Shown: positions 28,601 through 35,977 of the stretch, piece after piece
Layout of the letters: each line of letters opens with the position of its first letter
Numbering within the stretch: the first letter of the stretch is position 1
Virus genome (UHGV): UHGV-1360836
DNA length: 36,282 nucleotides
Source of the DNA: a virus
Direction: 5' to 3' (one strand)
The notes under the pieces: generated by a model
What the model was told of the DNA's origin: nothing
Databases searched by the model: none
Seen by the model: only the letters and a program-made list of their open reading frames with translations
Made by a program: the position numbers and the translations under genes

Positions 28601-28888
28601 TTGCTGGAAAAAGTCGGATTTGAACTCGGCGAGAAAAAATATGTTTGTATCAGTGTGCGGAGCACAAATGGAAAGCCGTTTGATGTGACATCAGCAAAGT
28701 ATGTCTTACGGAATGGGGAACAGGAAGAGAATCTAGGTACATGTGAAATCATGCAGAAAAGCGATACAGAAACCCTCTTATCTGCACTGATCCAACCGAT
28801 GATCAAAGGTGGATCATACACGCTGGAATTTACATATGAGATTCCGCCGGAGATTCTGAAGCATGAGGTGCGAATATATGTATCATAA
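28601..28888 (+). CDS. Hypothetical protein (95 aa)
   Basis: TTG start abutting the upstream stop. Followed by a terminator. Confidence 0.4.
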   Translation: MLEKVGFELGEKKYVCISVRSTNGKPFDVTSAKYVLRNGEQEENLGTCEIMQKSDTETLLSALIQPMIKGGSYTLEFTYEIPPEILKHEVRIYVS

Positions 28889-28915
28889 GAGATATGACCA
28901 CATAGAAATCAGAGC

Positions 28916-28942
28916 AAGACCGTAACAGGTCTTATTTTTATG
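28916..28942 (+). terminator. Rho-independent terminator
   Basis: Stem AAGACC/GGTCTT with loop GTAACA, followed by ATTTTTATG. Confidence 0.6.
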
Positions 28943-28968
28943 TATAAATTAAAAGAAGGGAGACTTAT

Positions 28969-29181
28969 ATGCCAGACACAGTTGTAGTCGCTGTTTTGTC
29001 CTTGCTCGGAACGCTGATCGGAAGCTTCGGGGGTACACAGCTTATCAAATATAGGATAGAGCAGCTTGAAAAGAAAGTGGAAAAACATAACTCTGTTGTA
29101 GAACGGACGTATTTGTTGGAGGAAAAAATAAAAGTAGCGAATCATCGTATTGATGATTTGGAAAGGAAGGTAGAGGAATGA
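28969..29181 (+). CDS. BhlA/UviB-like holin-family protein (N-terminal TM helix plus coiled-coil)
   Basis: TM helix VVVAVLSLLGTLIGSFGG followed by the heptad-like RIEQLEKKVEKHN...IDDLERKVEE. RBS AAGGGAG upstream. Confidence 0.55.
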   Translation: MPDTVVVAVLSLLGTLIGSFGGTQLIKYRIEQLEKKVEKHNSVVERTYLLEEKIKVANHRIDDLERKVEE

Positions 29182-29414
29182 AGGACAGAGAATATTGGAT
29201 AAAATGGAGTAAAGCGGCTGGGATAAGAGCCGTGAAAACAATAGCCGAGACAGCGATATCTTTAATCGGAGCAGATATGGTAAATATCGTATCTCTTGAC
29301 TGGGTGAATATTGCAGGAGTATGTGCAACAGCCGGAGTTATATCATTACTGATGAGCTTAAAAGGATTGCCGGAAGTGAATGTGCCGGAGTATAGAGATT
29401 CAGAGGGCGAGTAA
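29178..29414 (+). CDS. Holin
   Basis: 78 aa with two hydrophobic helices (AISLIGADMVNIVSL, IAGVCATAGVISLLMSL). Located directly upstream of the endolysin gene. Confidence 0.6.
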   Translation: MKDREYWIKWSKAAGIRAVKTIAETAISLIGADMVNIVSLDWVNIAGVCATAGVISLLMSLKGLPEVNVPEYRDSEGE

Positions 29415-29428
29415 CACCGCCCTCTTTT
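29403..29428 (+). terminator. Hairpin plus T-tract overlapping the holin stop (possible attenuator or terminator)
   Basis: Stem GAGGGCG/CGCCCTC with an 8-nt loop that contains the TAA stop, followed by TTTTG. Confidence 0.35.
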
Positions 29429-29450
29429 GTGTGGAAGAAAGGAGAAGAAC

Positions 29451-30464
29451 ATGGCAAATTTAAGAGTAATCGATGTAAGCGAACATCAAGGGTCTATTAA
29501 CTGGAATGCAGTAAAAGGACATATTGATGGGGCAATCTTACGATGCGGATATGGAGATAATATTGCGAGTCAAGATGATAAGCAGTGGAAAAGAAATGCA
29601 GATGAATGTACAAGACTTGGGATTCCGTTCGGAGTATATATCTATTCCTACGCGACAAGTGACGCACAGGCGAGAAGCGAAGCGGAACACGTCCTTAGAT
29701 TGATAAGCGGATATAAACTTTCGTACCCAATTTATTTAGATTTGGAGCAGGCCGGAACGGAAACAGGAGCAATACAAAGAGCAAATATCTTCGGAGACAT
29801 TATCGAAAACGCTGGATACTGGTGCGGAGTTTACGCCAATACAAATTGGTGGACAAACTACCTTGTAGGATTGGAACGGTTTGTAAAATGGGTGGCACAG
29901 TATAATTCGGTCTGTACATATCAGGGCACATATGATATCTGGCAGTATACGTCAGGCGGATCTGTTCCGGGAATTTCCGGAAACGTGGATATGAATCATT
30001 GTTATAGAGATTATCCAGCAGAAATTACAGGAGGGGATACAAAACCGACGCCGCCGGCAGTAGCACCATCTGGATCTACGCTTGATCTTGTTGTTGGAGT
30101 TATGCAGGGAAAATATGGAGACGGAGACGCTAGAAAAAATGCTCTGGGAAATCGGTATAATGAGGTGCAGAATATGATTAACTATATTGCATCTGCCTCC
30201 GTAGATACACTTGTGAAAGAAGTTTATGCGGGAAAATATGGAAATGGAGACTCAAGAAAAGCAGCTCTGGGAAATCGGTACAACGAGGTGCAGAACAAGA
30301 TTGATGTTTCTTCCGGCGGCGCAGTTTATTACACAGTGCAATCTGGGGACACATTATCTGGAATTGCTGCTAAGTATGGTACAACGTATCAGTATCTTGC
30401 AGGCCTGAATGGGATTGTTAATCCGAATTTGATTTATGCGGGACAAAAGATCCGAGTAAAATAA
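29451..30464 (+). CDS. Endolysin: GH25 muramidase, two CW_7 repeats and a C-terminal LysM domain
   Basis: GH25 N-terminus [30 protein letters not shown]. Two 40-aa repeats [23 protein letters not shown]-terminal [19 protein letters not shown]...IYAGQKIRV. Confidence 0.85.
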   Translation: MANLRVIDVSEHQGSINWNAVKGHIDGAILRCGYGDNIASQDDKQWKRNADECTRLGIPFGVYIYSYATSDAQARSEAEHVLRLISGYKLSYPIYLDLEQAGTETGAIQRANIFGDIIENAGYWCGVYANTNWWTNYLVGLERFVKWVAQYNSVCTYQGTYDIWQYTSGGSVPGISGNVDMNHCYRDYPAEITGGDTKPTPPAVAPSGSTLDLVVGVMQGKYGDGDARKNALGNRYNEVQNMINYIASASVDTLVKEVYAGKYGNGDSRKAALGNRYNEVQNKIDVSSGGAVYYTVQSGDTLSGIAAKYGTTYQYLAGLNGIVNPNLIYAGQKIRVK

Positions 30465-30472
30465 TAAATTTA

Positions 30473-30494
30473 CCCCGGAGTATTAGCTCCGGGG
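30473..30494 (+). terminator. Terminator hairpin after the endolysin gene
   Basis: 8-bp stem CCCCGGAG/CTCCGGGG with loop TATTA. Confidence 0.5.
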
Positions 30495-30593
30495 TGGAAT
30501 ATTGTATCATCTTCATACATTATATAAAGAAGTAACAGTTGTAGGTTTTTACGTTAAGGATACCTTATAGGGATATAAAATAATTTGTATGTT

Positions 30594-30624
30594 GTTACGA
30601 AAAGGTTGACCTTTTTGTTATAAC
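30594..30624. other. Imperfect 31-bp palindrome; candidate attP core or arm for the serine integrase
   Basis: GTTACGAAAAGG-TTGACC-TTTTTGTTATAAC. It is nested in an outer inverted repeat CAGTTGTAGGTT (30535..30547) / AACCTACAAAACTG (30622..30635). It lies between the convergent endolysin and int genes with no host DNA. Confidence 0.35.
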
Positions 30625-30650
30625 CTACAAAACTGCGAAAACCCTTGATT

Positions 30651-32132
30651 TTACTGGGATTCCGGCGCATAGTAGTAATAAACTTTCAGCTCATCTTTTG
30701 AGCGATCATATATAATCTTTTCTATCACGCTCTTTAGGATTTCATTTTTGGTTACAGGATCCACAGAGTCAGATTCTATGATTTCATATACATTTCTTAC
30801 TTTTTCCAACATAGCGATTTTAGAAGTATCAATAGTAGGTTCTGCTGGTTTTATGTCTGCAAGCTGCTTTTCCAGCATCTCTTTTTCTTCCTGAACCATG
30901 CGCTTATTTTCTTTATATTCGTCAAGTGTATCTACTCCATTACGGTACGCTTCTCTGATGCGGTCAAATTTTTCCGCATTCTTTCTTAACTGCTCCGTAA
31001 TAATGACGTTTAGATCCACAGAAGTTTCCTGCACCGGTTCAACGTGCCTGTAGATGATGTTGCCAGTGTCCAGAACTTCTTTTATAGATGCAAGTACCGC
31101 CGGTTCTAACCTTAACGAGCTTACAGATGTTTTTGCAAGGCATTTTCCTTTTGAGTACCCATAGCATGTAAAATAGCAGTATGATTTTTGGTTATTTACT
31201 GTTTTGGCAATCATGGTTCTTCCGCATACAGGGCACTTCATAAGACCTGATAGCCAATGTTTGTATGTAGAGGATGGTCTGGTGCCGGATGGTTTGTATT
31301 CGCTTTTGTAACGGATCTGCGCTTTGTCAAATAATTCTTTAGATATAATAGCAGGTTGCTGACCATCAGAGACAATCCATTCTGATTCCGGCCGGATTTC
31401 GTTTGTTTCGCTTACGGTACGGTTCCACCGGATCATACCGCAGTAAGTTGGGTTCTGTAAGATGTATTCAATAGATCTGCGTTCAAACGGTTTGTTGTGA
31501 GATGTTTTAAACCCACACAAATTTAGATAGCGTGCTATGTCGAATATTCCGGTATGTTCATTTACATATTTATCAAATATGATTTTAATTATTTCAGCTT
31601 CTTCCGGTACAATAACGGGAGGTTTTCCGCGCTCTTGGATTTTATATCCAAGCGGAGGACGCGCCTGATAGCCGCCGCGTTTTGCCTTTTCTGTCATCCC
31701 TCGTGTCACTTCGCCGGAAAGACGGACAGAATAGTACTCGTCCATCCATTCAATGATGCGCTCGATCAAAGAGCCGAACGGACCGTCTACAAGCGGCTCG
31801 GAAACGCTCAAGACTTCTACGTTGTGCTTCTTCTTTAAAAGAGATTTATAAACAATAGACTCTTCCTGATTTCTTGCAAATCGACTGAATTTCCACACGA
31901 TGATACAATCTACAGGATGTTTGTCTGATTTCGCAAGAGCGATCATCTTTTGAAACTCCGGACGCTTGTCAGCTTTCCGACCGGAAATACCGAGCTCATA
32001 AAAGATTTGCAGGACAATCATATCGTTCTTTTTAGCAAAGTCTTTCAACAGTTTTGCCTGCGAATCAGGAGAGAGCTCTTCTTGGCCGGATGTGGATACC
32101 CTAACATAACCATAACAATATTTAGTTTTCAT
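30651..32132 (-). CDS. int: Large serine recombinase (phage integrase)
   Basis: N-terminal catalytic domain YGYVRVSTSGQ with the conserved serine, followed by a long recombinase/zinc-ribbon C-terminal region. 493 aa. Confidence 0.85.
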   Translation of the reverse strand: MKTKYCYGYVRVSTSGQEELSPDSQAKLLKDFAKKNDMIVLQIFYELGISGRKADKRPEFQKMIALAKSDKHPVDCIIVWKFSRFARNQEESIVYKSLLKKKHNVEVLSVSEPLVDGPFGSLIERIIEWMDEYYSVRLSGEVTRGMTEKAKRGGYQARPPLGYKIQERGKPPVIVPEEAEIIKIIFDKYVNEHTGIFDIARYLNLCGFKTSHNKPFERRSIEYILQNPTYCGMIRWNRTVSETNEIRPESEWIVSDGQQPAIISKELFDKAQIRYKSEYKPSGTRPSSTYKHWLSGLMKCPVCGRTMIAKTVNNQKSYCYFTCYGYSKGKCLAKTSVSSLRLEPAVLASIKEVLDTGNIIYRHVEPVQETSVDLNVIITEQLRKNAEKFDRIREAYRNGVDTLDEYKENKRMVQEEKEMLEKQLADIKPAEPTIDTSKIAMLEKVRNVYEIIESDSVDPVTKNEILKSVIEKIIYDRSKDELKVYYYYAPESQ

Positions 32133-32317
32133 GACATCACCTCGGTTGATTCATTCTATTCCTGACAGAGCAGGAAAATGAGTATAAAAATAACAGCTAT
32201 CAAGAAACAAATGTTCTGATTGCGATAGCTGACCGAAGATGATACAATATTCTTTGAATTGGGGTATCATTCTTCGGAATGTTACTTGAACCGTTCCTGT
32301 TGGCGCAGGGGCGGTTC

Positions 32318-32345
32318 TTGACTTTTATGGTACATTTGCTATAAT
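32318..32345 (+). promoter_or_regulatory. Strong sigma-A-type promoter with no downstream ORF (candidate sRNA / antitoxin promoter)
   Basis: TTGACT-16 nt-TGcTATAAT with an extended -10. It faces the 3' end of the convergent 27-aa peptide gene. Confidence 0.55.
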
Positions 32346-32446
32346 GTACTTAACAAGACAACTGGAATAGATAGATGAAGCCTATCCGTTCCGGCGCAAC
32401 TTAAAAACTATAAGAAATAGTTGTCAGCTTTGTCAGGGCAGGACGG

Positions 32447-32530
32447 CTATTTTTTATGCGTATAATTCAGAATGGCTACAACCAAAAGCGCAATGCTTAT
32501 GATCAAACTGAGTTCTTCATATGTACTCAT
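32447..32530 (-). CDS. Hol-Tox-like small hydrophobic peptide (27 aa), type I toxin candidate
   Basis: MSTYEELSLIISIALLVVAILNYTHKK. Strong RBS GGAGGGGGTGG upstream on the minus strand. Confidence 0.55.
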   Translation of the reverse strand: MSTYEELSLIISIALLVVAILNYTHKK

Positions 32531-32640
32531 AATTACCACCCCCTCCGCAGGATTCTCGGAATGGGTGGGAGCTCGTCCTCCGGCTACCCGGGTAAATACA
32601 GTATTTAGTTTTTCCCCTGCCCACAGCGGGCAGGGAGGTT

Positions 32641-33681
32641 TTACATAAAGAATAGTAGCGCTAAAATGACGAATACTACTACGGCAATCATCGTGATCAT
32701 GCATCCGGCATTTCCCGTTTGGGTTTCTTCTATTGATCCTTGTGTGTTTGGTGTATATTGTGTTTTAATAGTGTCCCCAAAGTTTTGTTTGAAAATTTCT
32801 GCATATCGTTCCCTGTCGAGAGAAGGCTTATTATAAATATCATTTATGAGTTGGATAAATAATGCTTTAGGGCACACATATGGTGACATATATGAATATG
32901 TTTTATAGATTTCATTAACCATCTGCTCGTTGTAATAATCTTTAAGATTACAGATATCTTTTATCAATCCGGGGGCGAATCCGTTAAAATGGTAATAATC
33001 AGCTATGTCGTCCGAAGGAGCCAGTTTCGATATCAGAGCTTGGTTCGGGGTCCAATTTACATCAAAAAATAGAACGAGTAACAGATTTTTTAGTGAAGTA
33101 GCCATATCACCGGTGTGTGCATAAATTTGCGCTATCGAATAATAAATATTTCGGAATCCATCTGTATTGGTAGAACTTAATTTTTTGTTTAGTATATGCA
33201 ATGCGATTTTGTAAAAATCGTTTTCTCCGATATTAGCTTTTTCTTTTGTGTATTCATCGAGAGAAATTCCCCATGCAGTATTCCTGTGAAATTCTATATA
33301 ATCCTCATGTTTTGACAGAAAATCGACCCCTTTTTCGGAAAGGGAATAGCACTGTTCTTTGTTAGTACAGTTTTTTAATAACTCAGGAGAAACATCCCGA
33401 ATAAGTCTTTCGATAATATCCTGTTTTTTCCCTGTTTTAACAATACCAAATGAGTCGCAAAGCTCTTTAAGTTCTGAGATTTTATATCCTTTTAATGTTT
33501 CAGCGGTAGAACTGGGAATAAGAAACCCGTCAGTAATTAGTTGTTCATGGTATGCTCTAGGATTAGTAATTCCACACTCATTAATAAAGTATCTTTGATA
33601 TCCGTTGTTTTGCTTTAAAGATTTTGCATTGCCGTATGCTTTCAAAAATAAGGCACGGCTATAATCATCTTGACATCCCAT
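32641..33681 (-). CDS. SAP-domain protein with C-terminal transmembrane anchor (candidate superinfection-exclusion or abortive-infection accessory gene)
   Basis: SAP motif KISELKELCDSFGIVKTGKKQDIIERLI. C-terminal TM anchor GCMITMIAVVVFVILALLFFM. RBS AGAGAGGAAAG upstream. Located between int and the repressor. Confidence 0.6.
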   Translation of the reverse strand: MGCQDDYSRALFLKAYGNAKSLKQNNGYQRYFINECGITNPRAYHEQLITDGFLIPSSTAETLKGYKISELKELCDSFGIVKTGKKQDIIERLIRDVSPELLKNCTNKEQCYSLSEKGVDFLSKHEDYIEFHRNTAWGISLDEYTKEKANIGENDFYKIALHILNKKLSSTNTDGFRNIYYSIAQIYAHTGDMATSLKNLLLVLFFDVNWTPNQALISKLAPSDDIADYYHFNGFAPGLIKDICNLKDYYNEQMVNEIYKTYSYMSPYVCPKALFIQLINDIYNKPSLDRERYAEIFKQNFGDTIKTQYTPNTQGSIEETQTGNAGCMITMIAVVVFVILALLFFM

Positions 33682-33758
33682 TTCTTTATCTTTCCTCTCT
33701 TTCTTTTGTCCCTTGTTCCTTTAACACCGCTTTATATAATCGCCGTAGCGGTTATACC

Positions 33759-33971
33759 TTATTTATGCGCAGACATTTCGATTTTCTGCACATCTATTTT
33801 CTCAAAATCACGCTCTTTTATATGCCTAATTGCATGGTTAATTGCCTTTAACCGTTTGCTTTCGCATAAATTTGCGTTTATAAAAATAGTAAATGAATTA
33901 TCTTCGTTTTCAGTTATTACTTCATTAACGGTCATTCCGTCCATGAAAAAAATTTGATAATCAAAACTCAT
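33759..33971 (-). CDS. Hypothetical small protein (70 aa), co-transcribed downstream of the repressor
   Basis: Overlaps the repressor stop. ATG 33971 has AAGGA upstream; the start is uncertain. Confidence 0.4.
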   Translation of the reverse strand: MSFDYQIFFMDGMTVNEVITENEDNSFTIFINANLCESKRLKAINHAIRHIKERDFEKIDVQKIEMSAHK

Positions 33972-34338
33972 TATTATCACGTTCCTTTTTCTTTAATGCC
34001 ATAAGCATGTCATATGTTGTTTTCAAATCTTCCGGAGTAGCATCTTTTGCAGCATCGAATAAGACACGCAAATCTTTGTTTTCAAATAGTTTTTGTGCCA
34101 TCTCAGCGGTTTCTTCGTTTAAATAGTACTTCTCACCGCCTTCCTTTTCTTCGCCAGTACGAATATACTCTACTGATACTCCAAACAAGTCAGCAATTTT
34201 TTGTAGTTTTGCATCTTTGGGGTTGCTTCTTCCATTCTTCCAGTCGGAGAAAGTTGACTTGGTAATCCCAGTTTCCCTTGCAACGTCAGCGTCTTTCATG
34301 CCTTTGGCATCTCTTAACTTGCAATAAATTTCATACAT
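33961..34338 (-). CDS. cI-like repressor (XRE-family HTH plus C-terminal domain)
   Basis: HTH ARETGITKSTFSDWKNGRSNPK...IADLFGVSVEY. RBS GAGGTG upstream. Divergent from the cro-like gene. The extended ORF upstream of Met33 lacks an RBS. Confidence 0.7.
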   Translation of the reverse strand: MYEIYCKLRDAKGMKDADVARETGITKSTFSDWKNGRSNPKDAKLQKIADLFGVSVEYIRTGEEKEGGEKYYLNEETAEMAQKLFENKDLRVLFDAAKDATPEDLKTTYDMLMALKKKERDNNEF

Positions 34339-34539
34339 AATACACCTCACAAAAAAAATTCTGAAATCAGTACAAAAGCTATTGACAAGTTCTGATATCC
34401 GCACTATAATAAAGCTACAAAGTTCGGAAATCAAAACAGAATTGTAACTTAATTCTTTGTCAATGTATCTGGTAAATATATTGTATCTGATTTCCGAACT
34501 AAAATCAATAGGAAAGTTCGGAAATGAGGTGATTATTTA
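34339..34539. promoter_or_regulatory. Genetic switch region: consensus rightward promoter and repeated operator motif AGTTCGGAAAT
   Basis: TTGACA (34382..34387), 17 nt, TATAAT (34405..34410). Operator copies at 34421..34432, 34490..34500 (inverted) and 34515..34525, plus related TTCTGAAAT/TTCTGATAT half-sites. Confidence 0.7.
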
Positions 34540-34725
34540 ATGTATGAAAAATATGTAGAAATCAGGGATTCAAGAAAACTGACAGATTATCGTGTGTCAG
34601 AAGATACTGGAATAACTAAATCTACATTTTCTGATTGGAAGTCAGGAAGAAGTAAGCCAAAGATGGAAAAGCTCAAAATCCTCGCCGACTACTTCGGAGT
34701 ATCTATTGAGTACTTCCTAGAGTAG
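34540..34725 (+). CDS. Cro-like XRE-family HTH protein (61 aa)
   Basis: HTH SEDTGITKSTFSDWKSGRSKPK...LADYFGVSIEY is nearly identical to the repressor HTH. RBS GAGGTG upstream. Confidence 0.7.
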   Translation: MYEKYVEIRDSRKLTDYRVSEDTGITKSTFSDWKSGRSKPKMEKLKILADYFGVSIEYFLE

Positions 34726-34878
34726 TGTAACAGGAAAGGTGTTCGATAAACATGACTTTGAACCAGAGGAGGAAGTGTGAAAACAAAAGAACTGCAAGGA
34801 GGGCCATTCCCTACAGTTTTTCGCCAAATTTGTTTACCCTATGTACTTTGCAGATGATTCAGAGAAAGGAGGAAACCG

Positions 34879-35013
34879 ATGGAGATCGCTATTACGCTAG
34901 CGTGCTTTTCTACTCTTATGAATAGCGTCTCGCTAATTTGTATTTGTGTGTCGCTGTTATTAAAAAAGAGGAATGACAATTCCGATGATAGTTCCAATAG
35001 CGGCAATTACTGA
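34879..35013 (+). CDS. Candidate small hydrophobic peptide (44 aa)
   Basis: Near-perfect RBS AAAGGAGGAAACCG upstream of ATG. Hydrophobic N-terminus MEIAITLACFSTLMNSVSLICICVSLLL then a polar tail. Its 3' end overlaps the convergent gene 34960..35196. Confidence 0.35.
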   Translation: MEIAITLACFSTLMNSVSLICICVSLLLKKRNDNSDDSSNSGNY

Positions 35014-35196
35014 TGAAATTGTACCGATGACTAGCCACTTTTTATCTTTTGATGAAGCTTTTTCCATTTGATTTAGAAGTTTTGCTTGATCTTGTTGAAC
35101 TATTTTAATCTCATTTAACAGATCAATCTGCTTTTGTGAATAGTCATTTTGCACACGTTCAAATGAAGGTGGCTCGGGAATGTTGAAAAAATCCAT
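34960..35196 (-). CDS. Small tail-anchored membrane protein (78 aa)
   Basis: Strong RBS AAAGGAGAAG 10 nt upstream of ATG. Coiled-coil-like N-terminus and a C-terminal TM helix WLVIGTISSVIAAIGTIIGIVIPLF. Confidence 0.55.
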   Translation of the reverse strand: MDFFNIPEPPSFERVQNDYSQKQIDLLNEIKIVQQDQAKLLNQMEKASSKDKKWLVIGTISSVIAAIGTIIGIVIPLF

Positions 35197-35317
35197 AAAT
35201 AATCTTCTCCTTTCATAATTATTCCGACTGGTACTCGGTAATTAAAGTATAGGAGATTTTAAAGGACAACGCAACAAGTACAAACAGTGATTCATAAGCT
35301 TTAGAGAGGTGGTGTAA

Positions 35318-35455
35318 ATGATCATAAAAAACATTGTAGTAATTGACGGAAAAGAAGTAGAGGTTAAGGAACTGGAAGATAAAGAGGCATTTGCAGAAAG
35401 TGTTAACCAAAGGGTTCTTTTTGACAGAAACTACATAATAGAGAAAACCGCGTAA
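35318..35455 (+). CDS. Hypothetical small protein (45 aa)
   Basis: RBS GAGAGGTGG upstream of ATG. Confidence 0.3.
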   Translation: MIIKNIVVIDGKEVEVKELEDKEAFAESVNQRVLFDRNYIIEKTA

Positions 35456-35477
35456 GCGGTAGAAAGGAAGGACAAGC

Positions 35478-35702
35478 ATGGAAAAAATGAAATTACCGGC
35501 AGTGCCGGAGCTGGCACTGATCCCGATCGAACGGAGAAGCTTGCCGGAAGCGGATCACAAGCAGGAGAGCCGAAAGATCCGGAGCAAAAGAAAAGAAAGA
35601 GACAGCGCTGCAAGAGGACTGATCGCGGTAACAGTCGCAAGCATGATGTTAAATGCGGTGATGGCTGTGATTATTTATATCTTGCAGGCAGGACCGATCT
35701 AA
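35478..35702 (+). CDS. Small membrane protein (74 aa) with basic N-terminal region and C-terminal TM helix
   Basis: RBS GAAAGGAAGG upstream. The C-terminal 24 codons, the stop and the downstream RBS are duplicated at 331..397. Confidence 0.55.
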   Translation: MEKMKLPAVPELALIPIERRSLPEADHKQESRKIRSKRKERDSAARGLIAVTVASMMLNAVMAVIIYILQAGPI

Positions 35703-35718
35703 GGAGGTGAACAAAGAA

Positions 35719-35910
35719 ATGGACGAAGAGGTAAAGAAAGATGCCGAAGAAGAAATGAACTGCATCTTAGAACTGCTTGAAGAATGGTGTCTGAAATACG
35801 ATCAGGATTATGCAAACGCGGTTGTGCTTGTGAAACATAATCAGATCACATCATGGGGAAGTATAGGAAATCACGAAGACCTCGTTTGCAGAATAAAAGA
35901 GCACCCATAA
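35719..35910 (+). CDS. Hypothetical acidic small protein (63 aa) in the second cassette copy
   Basis: RBS AAGGAGG at 35701..35707. Followed by the conserved 45-bp boundary at 35893..35935. Confidence 0.5.
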   Translation: MDEEVKKDAEEEMNCILELLEEWCLKYDQDYANAVVLVKHNQITSWGSIGNHEDLVCRIKEHP

Positions 35911-35977
35911 ATGAGGCGGCAACCTCAGGGCGCATAGATAAATAATCAACATTATTGTAACAGAAAGGACGAGAAAA

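Noticed and set aside
30100-30310. Direct DNA repeats of about 65 bp inside the endolysin gene
   Set aside because: They encode the two CW_7 cell-wall-binding repeats of the endolysin. This is a protein-domain duplication, not a mobile or CRISPR repeat.
35219-35479. 86-aa minus-strand ORF rich in F/Y/L
   Set aside because: AT-rich antisense reading with no RBS. A short plus-strand ORF with an RBS (35318..35455) and the next plus-strand gene occupy the region.
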